From Candidatus Uhrbacteria bacterium (GTDB lineage: Bacteria; Patescibacteriota; Patescibacteriia; JACPHY01), in the NCBI GenBank assembly GCA_016188355.1, contig JACPHY010000002.1, forward strand, positions 596 through 64,595: DNA of 64,000 bases. Direction: 5' to 3'. Positions 45,980-55,543 of the stretch are shown here, in pieces (the stretch's first letter is position 1; every line of letters starts with the position of its first letter). The position numbers and the translations under genes were made by a program. Under the pieces are notes generated by a model, which was not told where the DNA came from, searched no databases, and worked only from the letters and a program-made list of their open reading frames with translations.

Positions 45980-46621
45980 TCATGGCGTGGACGGGAAGCG
46001 ATTCTTCCGCACCTGTTTTTGATATGCATCCTCTCCGCGGTCTGTCCGCACGCCACGGCAACTCGCCCAAAGCCCCCGCCCCTCCTTCCGTGCCGTGCGC
46101 ACGGCCGCGCGAATGTCTTCGGCGTGCGCCACGTTTGGTGGATACGTATACGCCGCAGCAAATCCCTGCTGTGCGAGCGCGAGATTCACGAACGTGCCGT
46201 CGACGAGATACACGTACCGGAGCATGCGGCCGTATTGATCGCGATCCTCCACATCCGCCACCAAACGCACCCGCTTCCCGTCCACAAACGCATGATTCGC
46301 CTGGGATGCTTCCGGACCAAAACACTGCACTGATTTGCGGGGATCGACCGTTTCCGGGGTATCGATACCGAGGTACCGCACCAATGCTCCACCTTCGAGC
46401 TCGATCGTATCTCCGTCAATCGCACGGACCACGAGTACCGTACCGTCCTGCGCTACGGGCGCGGGAGCAATCGCCGACACGGCAGTCGAACGCGCTGCAC
46501 GATCATCGCGATGCTGTAGCACCCCCAACACAAACACAACCATCGTCACGAGCATGGCAATGGATATACGCCACCCGCGCCGTTCGCACGATCGACCATG
46601 GATCATCTCCAGTAACGACAT
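45980..46621 (-). CDS. Membrane-anchored thermonuclease (SNase family)
   Basis: IDGDT, VRYLGIDTPET, D.YGR.L.YVY, N..L...G.A, A.....GLW; N-terminal TM. Confidence 0.92.
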   Translation of the reverse strand: MSLLEMIHGRSCERRGWRISIAMLVTMVVFVLGVLQHRDDRAARSTAVSAIAPAPVAQDGTVLVVRAIDGDTIELEGGALVRYLGIDTPETVDPRKSVQCFGPEASQANHAFVDGKRVRLVADVEDRDQYGRMLRYVYLVDGTFVNLALAQQGFAAAYTYPPNVAHAEDIRAAVRTARKEGRGLWASCRGVRTDRGEDAYQKQVRKNRFPSTP

Positions 46622-46684
46622 ACTCCATGAGGGTAACGCATGCTTTCCAGTTTTTTCTCCTGCGCTACACTGACCATACACCCT

Positions 46685-47701
46685 ATGCCTCCATTTTTGC
46701 AGCGACTCCGGAATCTCGATCCGCAGCGACTGCTCCTCCTGCTCATTGGCGCCATCATCGTCTTCAGTATCCTCGGGAAACTCCTCATCCCGATCATGGC
46801 AATCGCCGGTATCGTCCTGCTTGCAAAACTTCTCGCGAGCACCTCCCGGGCCTCTACACACACGATTCCCGCCCCATTCCTTTCCTCTATGCGCACCCGC
46901 GTTCCCTGGATCATCCTCGCGGTGGTTCTCCTACTCATCCTCGGGTCTGGTGTCGTCATTATTTCTGCAGGGAGCACTGGGGTGGTGCACTTGTTCGGTA
47001 AAGTACGCGACCAGGAATTGCGGAGTGGCATCCATCTCATAAATCCCCTCGCGAAAGTGGAGCGCATGAGCATCCGAACCGAAGAATTCTCCATGACGCA
47101 GATGCGGGAAGGCGGATCCGGCGACGCGATCACCGTACTCACCAAAGAAGGACTCGATGTCACCCTCGATCTCACCGTGCTGTATCGACTCCAAGAAGCA
47201 CAGGCATCGGATGTCTTCAAGGCATTTGGGCCGCAGTATCGCGATCGCATCATTCGTCCGGTGATCCGCAGCGCCATTCGACAAGTCGTCGCGGAATTTG
47301 AGGCGAAGGATATCTACTCCGAAAAACGCGAGGAGGTCGGTCAAAAATTACGCACGCTCATCGCGAGAGACCTTGAGCCGCGCGGCATCGTCCTGGAGGA
47401 GGTGCTCCTCCGTGATGTGGAACTGCCCGAACGGCTCATGAAGAGCATCCAAGAAAAACTCGCGTCGGAGCAGGAAGCGCAACGGTACAATTTCCTCCTC
47501 GACCAGGCCCGGAAAGAAGCGGAACGCAAACGCATCGAGGCAGAAGGCCAACGCGACGCGCAGCGCATCATCAACGAAAGCCTCACGCCCGCGTACCTCC
47601 ACTTCAAATACATCGAGAGCCTCAAGGACCGCCAAGGCACCATCTACGTTCCCGTGAATCCCCAGAACGGACTACCGCTCCTCAAGGACATTGGTCGGTA
47701 G
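46685..47701 (+). CDS. SPFH/prohibitin/band-7 family membrane protein
   Basis: TM helices, GVV..FG, G.H..NP, TKEGL.V..D..V.YR, EEVLLR, EAE..RIEAEG. Confidence 0.92.
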   Translation: MPPFLQRLRNLDPQRLLLLLIGAIIVFSILGKLLIPIMAIAGIVLLAKLLASTSRASTHTIPAPFLSSMRTRVPWIILAVVLLLILGSGVVIISAGSTGVVHLFGKVRDQELRSGIHLINPLAKVERMSIRTEEFSMTQMREGGSGDAITVLTKEGLDVTLDLTVLYRLQEAQASDVFKAFGPQYRDRIIRPVIRSAIRQVVAEFEAKDIYSEKREEVGQKLRTLIARDLEPRGIVLEEVLLRDVELPERLMKSIQEKLASEQEAQRYNFLLDQARKEAERKRIEAEGQRDAQRIINESLTPAYLHFKYIESLKDRQGTIYVPVNPQNGLPLLKDIGR

Positions 47702-47724
47702 CATCCGTCGATCCCCAGCAGCAA

Positions 47725-47759
47725 CACATCCCTCAGGCCCAATGGGCTTGAGGGATGTG
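47725..47759. terminator. Hairpin between convergent genes
   Basis: CACATCCCTCAGGCCC..GGGCTTGAGGGATGTG. Confidence 0.6.
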
Positions 47760-47863
47760 CATGAAGGTCGACGTCTCACTCTTCCTCAGTCACTGCTTCA
47801 TCCGCCCTCGACTCAGATGATCTCTTCGGGAGCGTAAAACTCTTCGAACTCCGCAAAATTACT

Positions 47864-48247
47864 TTATTTTGTATAGCAGGTTGCCTCAATATTGTTCCCG
47901 TCGGGATCGAGAACAAAAGCTCCGTAGTACTTCGGACCATACTGCGGCCGCGGACCGGGCGCTCCATTATCTCTTCCACCCGCGAGCAGGGCTGCGTCGT
48001 AGAACGCTCGCACCATCGCCTCATCTTTCGCGGCAAATGCAATGTGTACCTCGGTAATCTTCACGAGGTTCCCCTCTGCAAACATCCATAGGTGACCCGA
48101 GGCATCTTCCGGGTCACTCGCCCCGAATCCCGCCGCACCATCGAAGTCGCCTGGGAATCGCTTGTATCCCAGCGGCGCAAGTGCCTGCTCGTAGAATGCC
48201 GCGCTGCGATCGAGATTCGAAACATGGAGCGTGACGTGGTCGATCAT
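47864..48247 (-). CDS. VOC/glyoxalase family protein
   Basis: IDHV.L.V, FY...L..LG, HIAF.A, GG.DNG.PG.R..Y...YY.AFV.DPDGNNIE. Confidence 0.93.
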   Translation of the reverse strand: MIDHVTLHVSNLDRSAAFYEQALAPLGYKRFPGDFDGAAGFGASDPEDASGHLWMFAEGNLVKITEVHIAFAAKDEAMVRAFYDAALLAGGRDNGAPGPRPQYGPKYYGAFVLDPDGNNIEATCYTK

Positions 48248-48299
48248 ACGAATATGCAATGAGGCCGAATCCCATTATTCGGATGCTCCACTACTACGA

Positions 48300-49637
48300 T
48301 CACGAAACACTCAACCGCTCATCAATGCGCGCGATGTCTCTGGGGAACAACGTCGCCTCCTTCACGTTTTCGATGCCAAGGAACTTCGCGGTGAGGCGCT
48401 CCAGCCCGATGGCGAGTCCTCCCTCCGGGGGCATGCCATATTGGAATGCTTCCAGGTAGTACGCGAAGTGATCGGGGTTGAGTCCCCATTTGGCGATATT
48501 GTTGCGAAGCATGGCGTGGTCGTGGATGCGTTGGCCACCGGTCGTGATTTCGATGCCGCGGAAGAGGAGGTCAAAGCCGAGGGTGAAGTTGGGATCGGCG
48601 GGGTCGGGCATCGTGTAGAAGGGGCGCTTGGAGGTCGGGAAGTGCGTGACGAAGAGGAAGTCGGATCCGTGTGTCTTCGCGGACCATTCACAGAGTTTGC
48701 GCTCGTGCTCAGGCTCGAGGTCGGGTTCACCAATGCACGCGATGCCGAATTCCTTGCCGAGGATCTCCTGTGCCTCGCGGAGCTTTACGGCAGGAATATC
48801 TTTGGGAACGGCGGGGAGCGTCGCACGGAGGAGTTCGAGTTCAGCAGCGCACGTGCGTGCGACGTGATCGACGAGATACGCGAGAAAATCGTTCTCCACG
48901 CGCATCACGTCCTGGTGGTCGCGGATGAACCCCATTTCGAGATCCATGCTCGTGTACTCATTGAGATGCCGGGTCGTGGCGTGGAGCTCGGCGCGGTACA
49001 CGTTGCCCACGGTGAAGACGCGCTCGAAGACGCCCACCATGATCTGCTTGTAGAACTGCGGCGATTGCGCGAGGAAGGCGGGCTTGCCAAAGTAGTCGAT
49101 CGTGAACACGTTCGCGCCACCCTCGGTGGACCCGGCCACGATTTTCGGTGCCTGGAACTCCGTGAATCCCTGCCCACGGAGGAATGCGCGAAATGCTTCA
49201 ATAATTTCTCCTTGAATCTTGAAAATGGCACGCGCGCGTGCGGTGCGGAGCGTGTAGGGAAGATGATCGAGGTAGGTATCGAGTCCGAGATCACTCGTGG
49301 CGTCGAATGGCAACGGCTGCGCCGTGGCGAGCACCGTGACCGCCTTCGCTTCCATTTCGATGCGACCGGTGACGAGCTTCGGATTCACGGCCTTTTCGCC
49401 GCGTGCCTTCACGAGGCCATCCACCTGCACCACAAACCCGGGGCGGAGATCTTTCACGATCGCCATCCCCTGCTCACCCACGACCTGCGGCACCACGACC
49501 ACCTGCAAAATGCCGGAGCGATCTCGAACGTCAAGGAAGATGATCTTGCCCATGTCCCGACGGGCATCAATCCATCCCGACACCGATACTTCCTGTCCCA
49601 CATGATCCGTGGTCGCGGCAACGAGAGTACGTTCCAT
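48300..49637 (-). CDS. aspS: Aspartate-tRNA(Asn) ligase, archaeal/non-discriminating short type
   Basis: OB-fold GW...RD.G, TEGGA..F, LAQSPQFYKQ, YRAE.H.T.RHLNE, GGQRIH, YGMPP.GG...GLER, FPRD; 445 aa without the bacterial GAD insert. Confidence 0.93.
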   Translation of the reverse strand: MERTLVAATTDHVGQEVSVSGWIDARRDMGKIIFLDVRDRSGILQVVVVPQVVGEQGMAIVKDLRPGFVVQVDGLVKARGEKAVNPKLVTGRIEMEAKAVTVLATAQPLPFDATSDLGLDTYLDHLPYTLRTARARAIFKIQGEIIEAFRAFLRGQGFTEFQAPKIVAGSTEGGANVFTIDYFGKPAFLAQSPQFYKQIMVGVFERVFTVGNVYRAELHATTRHLNEYTSMDLEMGFIRDHQDVMRVENDFLAYLVDHVARTCAAELELLRATLPAVPKDIPAVKLREAQEILGKEFGIACIGEPDLEPEHERKLCEWSAKTHGSDFLFVTHFPTSKRPFYTMPDPADPNFTLGFDLLFRGIEITTGGQRIHDHAMLRNNIAKWGLNPDHFAYYLEAFQYGMPPEGGLAIGLERLTAKFLGIENVKEATLFPRDIARIDERLSVS

Positions 49638-49705
49638 AGATTGAAGAGGTAGTGGACGAATCGTACCGAATCCCGTTGCGGCGCACAACTCCGCAAAAAC
49701 GCAAA

Positions 49706-49730
49706 GCACCCCGGACCGGGTTCGGGGTGC
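49706..49730 (-). terminator. Probable terminator after recO
   Basis: GCACCCCG..CGGGGTGC, followed by TTTGCGTTTTT on the minus strand. Confidence 0.55.
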
Positions 49731-49737
49731 GCCGCGC

Positions 49738-50472
49738 TCACGACCCGGTCACCATACGGACCCCCCACGCGCCCGTCAACTCGGGGAACGAACGGAGCGG
49801 CCCCGGCAGGTGCACGAGGAGCTGTGCTCGCGCAAACGCCTGCACCGCTGGCAACGCGGGGATGCACTGAAAGTCCGCTGCCATACTCGCGAGCTGCGCG
49901 CGATCTTCGGAACGGAGCATGCACACTTCCCCAGTACGCGCGCGGCAGCGCAGGCAGAGCACGCCCCCCCGCACGGGATCTGCGGCCGCAATGCCAGGCG
50001 GAACCGTCGCGCGACACCCTACGCAGCGCTCCAGCTCCGGCGCGTATCCTAAAATACTCAAACAACGAATGATGCAGGACGAGGTATCCGCGCATCGCTG
50101 CTCCGCGATCGCGGAAAACGCCGCACACAAAAAATCGTACAATCCGGCATCACGATGCGCATCCCGCGTGAGCGCGTCCACACACTCCGCAATAAACGCG
50201 ACTTGCCGAATCAGCTCCCAGGATGACGCGAATCGGGTGCCGGATGCCATGACGCGCGCAAACGTGACCCGATCCATACTGCGCCCATGCGCGAGCACGA
50301 GCTCCGTCACCGAGTACGGCTCCAGATGCGCCGCCAATTTTGCCAATGGCCGCCGCGTGCCCTTGCCCACGCAGGCGAATTTTCCGTGCTCACGCGTGAG
50401 CACGGTGTACACCCGATCCCACTCGCCGCTATCGCGCCGGCGAAGAATGATACCGGTAGCCGCGTAGGTCAT
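49738..50472 (-). CDS. recO: DNA repair protein RecO
   Basis: GIILR....E.D....LT...GK.....G.R; GY.P.L..C..C and GG..C..C Zn finger. Confidence 0.9.
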   Translation of the reverse strand: MTYAATGIILRRRDSGEWDRVYTVLTREHGKFACVGKGTRRPLAKLAAHLEPYSVTELVLAHGRSMDRVTFARVMASGTRFASSWELIRQVAFIAECVDALTRDAHRDAGLYDFLCAAFSAIAEQRCADTSSCIIRCLSILGYAPELERCVGCRATVPPGIAAADPVRGGVLCLRCRARTGEVCMLRSEDRAQLASMAADFQCIPALPAVQAFARAQLLVHLPGPLRSFPELTGAWGVRMVTGS

Positions 50473-50492
50473 AGAAAAACCACCGCCACAGG

Positions 50493-50891
50493 CTACTGCG
50501 TTTCCTGGACGCGTTCGATGTAGCTTTGGAGGATGATTGCCGCGGCAATCGCATCATCATCCGCGCTCGACTTCCATCCACGCATGAGACGCTTGGCAAA
50601 TGCCGTGGTCAATCGCTCATCCTCAGTCACCACCGGCAACGTGGATTCTCGACGCAGCCATGCCACGAATTCCTCCGTCGCCGTGACGCGCGCACTCTTC
50701 CCCCCGCGGAGCGGATGTGGCATCCCCACCACAATGGCCCGAACGCCATACTCCATGCACGCACGCTGAATTTCCTGACCAAGCTCCCGCCGCGATTCCC
50801 ATCGCAGCACCCGAAGCGGCGTCGCCAAGACGCCCTCCGCAATCGCAAGGCCCACTTTTCGCGAACCGTAGTCAATGCCGAGCAACGCCAT
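50493..50891 (-). CDS. ruvX: YqgF/RuvX pre-16S rRNA nuclease
   Basis: LGIDYG...GLA, IVVG.P, DERLTT, D..AA.IILQ. Confidence 0.92.
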   Translation of the reverse strand: MALLGIDYGSRKVGLAIAEGVLATPLRVLRWESRRELGQEIQRACMEYGVRAIVVGMPHPLRGGKSARVTATEEFVAWLRRESTLPVVTEDERLTTAFAKRLMRGWKSSADDDAIAAAIILQSYIERVQETQ

Positions 50892-50943
50892 ACCTTGACG
50901 CCCCATCCTCGTACAGGAGTATCCTATCAGTACCTCCATCACT

Positions 50944-51408
50944 ATGGCAGACGCACCACTGACTCGCGACTACTTTGACCAACAGTTTGACGCGCTCACC
51001 CATGCGCTGCAGGGTGGATTTGCGCATATTGATAGTGAAATCGTTGGGCTCAAGACTGATGTTGCTGAGCTTAAAACGGATGTTGCGGGGCTCAAGACTG
51101 ATGTTGCTGAGCTTAAAACGGATGTTGCGGGGCTCAAACGGGATGTGGGGGTACTCAAAATGGATGTTGCGGACATTAAAGCCGATGTCGCAGATCTCAA
51201 GTCCCGCATGGCCACCCTCGAGGATGAAGTGCGCGTTCTCTCGGCGAACATGATCACAAAGCAGTACCTCGACGCGAAACTCGACATCTTCGTTCGGAAC
51301 CAGGAACGCGATTCTCTTTTCAAGCGGACGCTCCTCCTCGCACTCGAACAGGCGAAAGTACTCGACCCTGCCATGCGTGCGAAACTGGAACAATTGATTC
51401 CGTCGTAA
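50944..51408 (+). CDS. Heptad-repeat coiled-coil protein (KTDVAEL/KTDVAGL)
   Basis: 154-aa ORF with about 8 heptads encoded by a 21/42-bp tandem repeat; tATG start. Confidence 0.8.
   Translation: MADAPLTRDYFDQQFDALTHALQGGFAHIDSEIVGLKTDVAELKTDVAGLKTDVAELKTDVAGLKRDVGVLKMDVADIKADVADLKSRMATLEDEVRVLSANMITKQYLDAKLDIFVRNQERDSLFKRTLLLALEQAKVLDPAMRAKLEQLIPS
51046..51137 (+). repeat. 42-bp perfect tandem repeat (about 2.2 copies) within the coiled-coil gene
   Basis: GGGCTCAAGACTGATGTTGCTGAGCTTAAAACGGATGTTGCG at 51046 and 51088. Confidence 0.9.
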
Positions 51409-51589
51409 AAGCTGAAACCTGAACGAGAGCGCTCCGCACATGGCGTGCGGAGCGCTCTGTATTCATGGTCGGGAGACGGAACGTCGGCCGCCGAAGTACT
51501 GCTCGCTATCCGCATAAAAGATCAGCTCACGGTCGCGGTAGATCGCAATGCCGGCGTATGTCGCGTTGGAATCCTGGAGCATCTTCGGA

Positions 51590-52369
51590 TCATCCTGCCC
51601 GCGTCAACACTTCCGTCCCCTCGCTCGTAATGAGTATGGAGTGCTCAAAATGTGCCGACAGGGAACCATCAACCGTGGCGACGGTCCATCCATCGGCGAG
51701 CGTGCGTACGTCCGCTCGCCCCGCAGCAACCATGGGCTCAATGGCGATCACCAGTCCGTCCGAAAGTGATGCATCATGATGGCCACGATCCCAAAAATTC
51801 GGCACCTGCGGTTCCTCATGGATCGCGCGCCCCACACCGTGGCCCACTAAATCCCGCACCACAGAATACCCTGCGCGCTCCACGACGCGCTGCACGGATC
51901 GCGCGATATCTCGAATACGATGTCCCACCACCGCCTGTGCAATACCCGCTGCGAGGGCATCCGCGGTAACGGTCAGCAGTCGCTGCGCCTCCGGAGCGAT
52001 CACTCCTACGGGTACCGTGACGGCGGTGTCGGTGAACAGTCCGCCCTCCGCGGGCCAACGCATCCCGATATCCAAACTCACAATATCCCCCGCTTGGAGT
52101 ATCACCTCTCGCGTGGGGACCCCATGCACCACCTCCGCATTCACCGATGTGCAGAGGCTTCCTGGATAAGGAATGGCTGCGAAGGAAGGGCGATATCCCT
52201 TAAAGGCTGGCTTCCCGCCCGATGCCAAAATGAGCTGTTCGGCGAGCGCATCGAGTGCGCGCAGCGAAACACCAGGCCGCACGGATTGCGCGACCTGCGC
52301 CAGCACCGCACCCAGCCGGTGCCCTCCTTCTCGCAGCCATGCACGCTCTTCTGTCGTACGCGCAACCAT
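51590..52369 (-). CDS. map: Methionine aminopeptidase type I
   Basis: CTSVN..VVHG.P, GDIVS.D.G, DTA.T, GHGVG..IHEEP, AIEPM, SAHFEH. Confidence 0.97.
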   Translation of the reverse strand: MVARTTEERAWLREGGHRLGAVLAQVAQSVRPGVSLRALDALAEQLILASGGKPAFKGYRPSFAAIPYPGSLCTSVNAEVVHGVPTREVILQAGDIVSLDIGMRWPAEGGLFTDTAVTVPVGVIAPEAQRLLTVTADALAAGIAQAVVGHRIRDIARSVQRVVERAGYSVVRDLVGHGVGRAIHEEPQVPNFWDRGHHDASLSDGLVIAIEPMVAAGRADVRTLADGWTVATVDGSLSAHFEHSILITSEGTEVLTRAG

Positions 52370-52459
52370 AGCAATGCACTCATCGTAGCAGGACGAAAAC
52401 AGCGCGCCCACTTCCCGGTGAACGCGCTCCATTGTTGCTCCGCAGTTCCGCTACGGACG

Positions 52460-52955
52460 TTATTCCCCCTCCCCCATGACCATGCCGCACGTACGCTGCG
52501 CCCACCACATCGGCACCGATTCATACAGACGCAGCATGGTCTCCACGCCACCGCACTCCGCTATTTCCCGTACCTCCGCTCCCTGCGCCTGGCAGGCACG
52601 GGAGAATGACTTTCGAGCAGGCAACCCGCACCTACAAATCAAAACAACGATCTCGATCACCCCCGCAGTCGATACCAGACGGGCCACGAACTGTCGCACC
52701 GCAGCATCGCACTGCATCGCCGCGTACACCACGACGAGCGCCGGGGAGTCGACTTCCGCGATACGCGCATACACGCACTGCGCGACCGCGGGAAAGGCTA
52801 TGCCCGAATTGCGCACCGCGTTCACCTGGACGCATCACGCGCGCCGCCCGATGCGGCGTCACCAGTATCACGTGCAGTGGATCGTATTTCGCCAACACCG
52901 CACGCAAGGCGCGCTCCAATACGTCATCGACCAGTTCCTCACGAATGCTCTGCAT
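52460..52955 (-). pseudogene. Possible frameshifted hypothetical gene between adk and map
   Basis: Two overlapping minus-strand ORFs (MQSIREELVDD.. and ..VNAVRNSGIAF..) that would join near 52835; extended -10 TG-A-TACACT at about 52992-53001. Confidence 0.35.
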
Positions 52956-53016
52956 TGAGACAGCCCCCCGGTACACACGTACCTTGCGGAGAGTGTATCA
53001 TGTCCACGGCGCGGCA

Positions 53017-53664
53017 TCAATGCTCTGAGATACCCAACGCATGTCGAATATCATGCTGCACCGCCGCTGCAGGCTGTTGGCCATTCACCTCCGCGAGCAC
53101 CCCCTGCGCACGACATGCGGCAATCACCGGCTCCGTCTGCTCATGGTAATGCACAATGCGGCGCGCGATGCGCTCCGGGTCGTCGTCCTTCCGACGGGTG
53201 AGCGTCCCATCGCACGCAGTACACATCGCTTCATTGCCGGGCTCCACTGGCATCTCCCGACGAGAGAACTGCAATCCGCATACGCAGACGAGACGATCTG
53301 AGAGACGTCGATAAATCTCCTGCTCATCAATCACCAGGAGCACCGCGTGGGTTAGTGGCGTCTTGATCTGTTCCAGCACGTCCAGCTGTTCCCGCTCGCG
53401 TGGGAAGCCGTCCAAAATGAACCCCGACGCACAATCCGGCTCCGCCAATCGCTGCGCAATCACGGCATTCGTAATCGCATTCGGCACCATGGCACCGGAC
53501 TCCACCACCGATGCCACCTGTTTGCCGAGCGGGGTTCCCAGCGCAATTGCTCTGCGATAGAGCGCACCCGGCATCACGATGGGCACGCCAAGTACCGGAG
53601 CCAGCAACGCGGCCTGCGTTCCCTTCCCCGCACCGGGCGGACCGAGGAATGCGATACGAAACAT
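53017..53664 (-). CDS. adk: Adenylate kinase (Zn-type lid)
   Basis: GPPGAGKGTQA, GFILDGFPR, C.C..C..C lid, R.DD; secY-adk-map synteny. Confidence 0.95.
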   Translation of the reverse strand: MFRIAFLGPPGAGKGTQAALLAPVLGVPIVMPGALYRRAIALGTPLGKQVASVVESGAMVPNAITNAVIAQRLAEPDCASGFILDGFPREREQLDVLEQIKTPLTHAVLLVIDEQEIYRRLSDRLVCVCGLQFSRREMPVEPGNEAMCTACDGTLTRRKDDDPERIARRIVHYHEQTEPVIAACRAQGVLAEVNGQQPAAAVQHDIRHALGISEH

Positions 53665-53728
53665 ATGTACGAAAAAAATGACATGAGCAGTCTCCCATGC
53701 TACCGCAGCTGTCATGCTTCGACAAAAC

Positions 53729-53763
53729 GACACCCCCCAAGGCAGGTACGCCTCGGGGGTGTC
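53729..53763 (-). terminator. Probable terminator after secY
   Basis: GACACCCCC..GGGGGTGTC stem, followed by GTTTT on the minus strand. Confidence 0.55.
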
Positions 53764-53788
53764 TTCATCCAATCACGCTGCGCACCCA

Positions 53789-55072
53789 TCAGAGTCCTTC
53801 GTACTCGCGCATGGTGAGCTGGCTCTGAATCTGTTTCACGGTCTCGATGACCACCGAAACAATGATGAGCAAACTCGTACCGCCGGCGATGGAAACGAGC
53901 GCCTGTGAGCCTGGCATGAGCTGCTGCATGACCAATGGCAGGATCGCGATAATACCGAGCGCAACCGCACCCGCAGAGATAATACGATTCGTCACGAAAC
54001 GCAAGTAGTCCGCGGTCGCACGCCCCGGTCGGATACCGGGAATGAATCCACCCTGCTTCTGAAGATTCTCCGCGATCTGCTGCGGCTGGAACACTACCGC
54101 GGTGTAGAAGTACGTGAAGATCACCACCAGCACGAAGTACAGCACGCCGTACAGCATCTGATTCTGGAAGAGCTGAATGATGGAATCTGCGGTATTGGCG
54201 ATCCATGCCGTCTTCGCGCGCACAAAGAACTGCGCCACCAACGGCGGAAAGAGGATGATGGAAATCGCAAAAATGATCGGGATCACCCCCGCCATGTTCA
54301 CGCGGAGCGGGAGATGCGTATCGAGGCCGCCCACCATGCGCATGCCGCGCACGCGCCGTGCATACGAAACCGGCACATTGCGCTGCGCCTCCGTGAGAGT
54401 CACCACACCAATCACCGTGCACACCGCAAGCACCAAGAACCCGATCGCCTGTAGCGCCTGCGCTGCATCAAATGAGAGCACCGCCTGTTGAATGGCCTGT
54501 GGGAGACTGGAAATGATACCAGCAAAAATGAGGAGCGAGATGCCGTTTCCCACGTGCTGCTCGGAGATGAGTTCCCCCAACCACACCAGGAACATCGTTC
54601 CCGCCGTCACCGTGGCGAGGAGCGCGATCATGTCCCACGTCCCGAGCGCAGGGAGAATTTGCGCATTTGATTGCCGGATAATCGAAATGAGACCGAAGCC
54701 CTGCAGGAATGCGAGCGGCACGGTCAGGAGACGGGTGTACTGGCTGATTTTCCGCCGCCCAAACTCGCCCTCCTTCTGCAGCTCCTCAATCGCGGGGATC
54801 ACCATGCCGAGGAGCTGAAAAATGATGGATGCGGTGATGTACGGTGCCACGCCCATGGCAACAATGGAGAAATTCTCCATGGTGCCACCGGAGAACAAGT
54901 TGAGGAGCCCGAGAATCTGATTGGATGCAAAGAAACGCTGCAACTCAAACACGTTCACTCCGGGAATGGGAATGTGCGCGGCAAGCCGAAAGACGACGAG
55001 AATGCCCAGCACGACCGCAATCGCCCGACGGAGATCCTTCAGCTTCCAGAGCGTTGCGAATGGAGCAAACAT
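53789..55072 (-). CDS. secY: Preprotein translocase subunit SecY
   Basis: HIPIPG, GV.PYITASI, WLGE.I, GNG.SL.IF, N.AGVIPIIFA, GGFIPGIRPG, GGTSLLI.V. Confidence 0.98.
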   Translation of the reverse strand: MFAPFATLWKLKDLRRAIAVVLGILVVFRLAAHIPIPGVNVFELQRFFASNQILGLLNLFSGGTMENFSIVAMGVAPYITASIIFQLLGMVIPAIEELQKEGEFGRRKISQYTRLLTVPLAFLQGFGLISIIRQSNAQILPALGTWDMIALLATVTAGTMFLVWLGELISEQHVGNGISLLIFAGIISSLPQAIQQAVLSFDAAQALQAIGFLVLAVCTVIGVVTLTEAQRNVPVSYARRVRGMRMVGGLDTHLPLRVNMAGVIPIIFAISIILFPPLVAQFFVRAKTAWIANTADSIIQLFQNQMLYGVLYFVLVVIFTYFYTAVVFQPQQIAENLQKQGGFIPGIRPGRATADYLRFVTNRIISAGAVALGIIAILPLVMQQLMPGSQALVSIAGGTSLLIIVSVVIETVKQIQSQLTMREYEGL

Positions 55073-55091
55073 ACGTAGCTTCACTGATGCA

Positions 55092-55535
55092 CTATGCGTC
55101 GATACGACCACCTACCGCCTCGATCTTCGCTTTTGCCGGCGCAGAAACTTGGACGCCCTGCACGATGAGCGACTTCGTGAGCGTACCACGTCCGAGCAGC
55201 TTCACTCCGTAGCGCGCGGTCGAAATGCACTTCGCCGCAATGAGCGTTTGCGGGGTAACGGTCGCACCGCTCGCAAATGCACGTTCGAGATCACCCACGT
55301 TCATGACCCGTGGTTTCGGGGTCAGACTACGGAACCCACGGAGCTTCGGCTGTGCGAGCAGAATACGACGAAGCCCGAGTCGCTTGAGGCCTCCGCGACC
55401 ACCCGTACGCGCCTTCTGCCCTTTGGTGCCGCGACCAGCGGTCTTCCCGCGCCCAGATCCATGCCCGCGACCCAGACGGCGGCGGTTCGAGCGACTACCC
55501 GGAGCGGATCGCAAATTGTGGAGTCCGTACGCCAT
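55092..55535 (-). CDS. rplO: 50S ribosomal protein L15
   Basis: RLGRG.GSG.GKTAGRG.KGQKAR, VKLLG.G. Confidence 0.97.
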   Translation of the reverse strand: MAYGLHNLRSAPGSRSNRRRLGRGHGSGRGKTAGRGTKGQKARTGGRGGLKRLGLRRILLAQPKLRGFRSLTPKPRVMNVGDLERAFASGATVTPQTLIAAKCISTARYGVKLLGRGTLTKSLIVQGVQVSAPAKAKIEAVGGRIDA

Positions 55536-55543
55536 AAAAAAGT

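Noticed and set aside
48231-49652. 473-aa plus-strand ORF
   Set aside because: Antisense shadow of aspS
51463-51582. 39-codon minus-strand ORF (MLQDSNATY...) after map
   Set aside because: Too short and no recognisable motif, so it cannot be supported without a search
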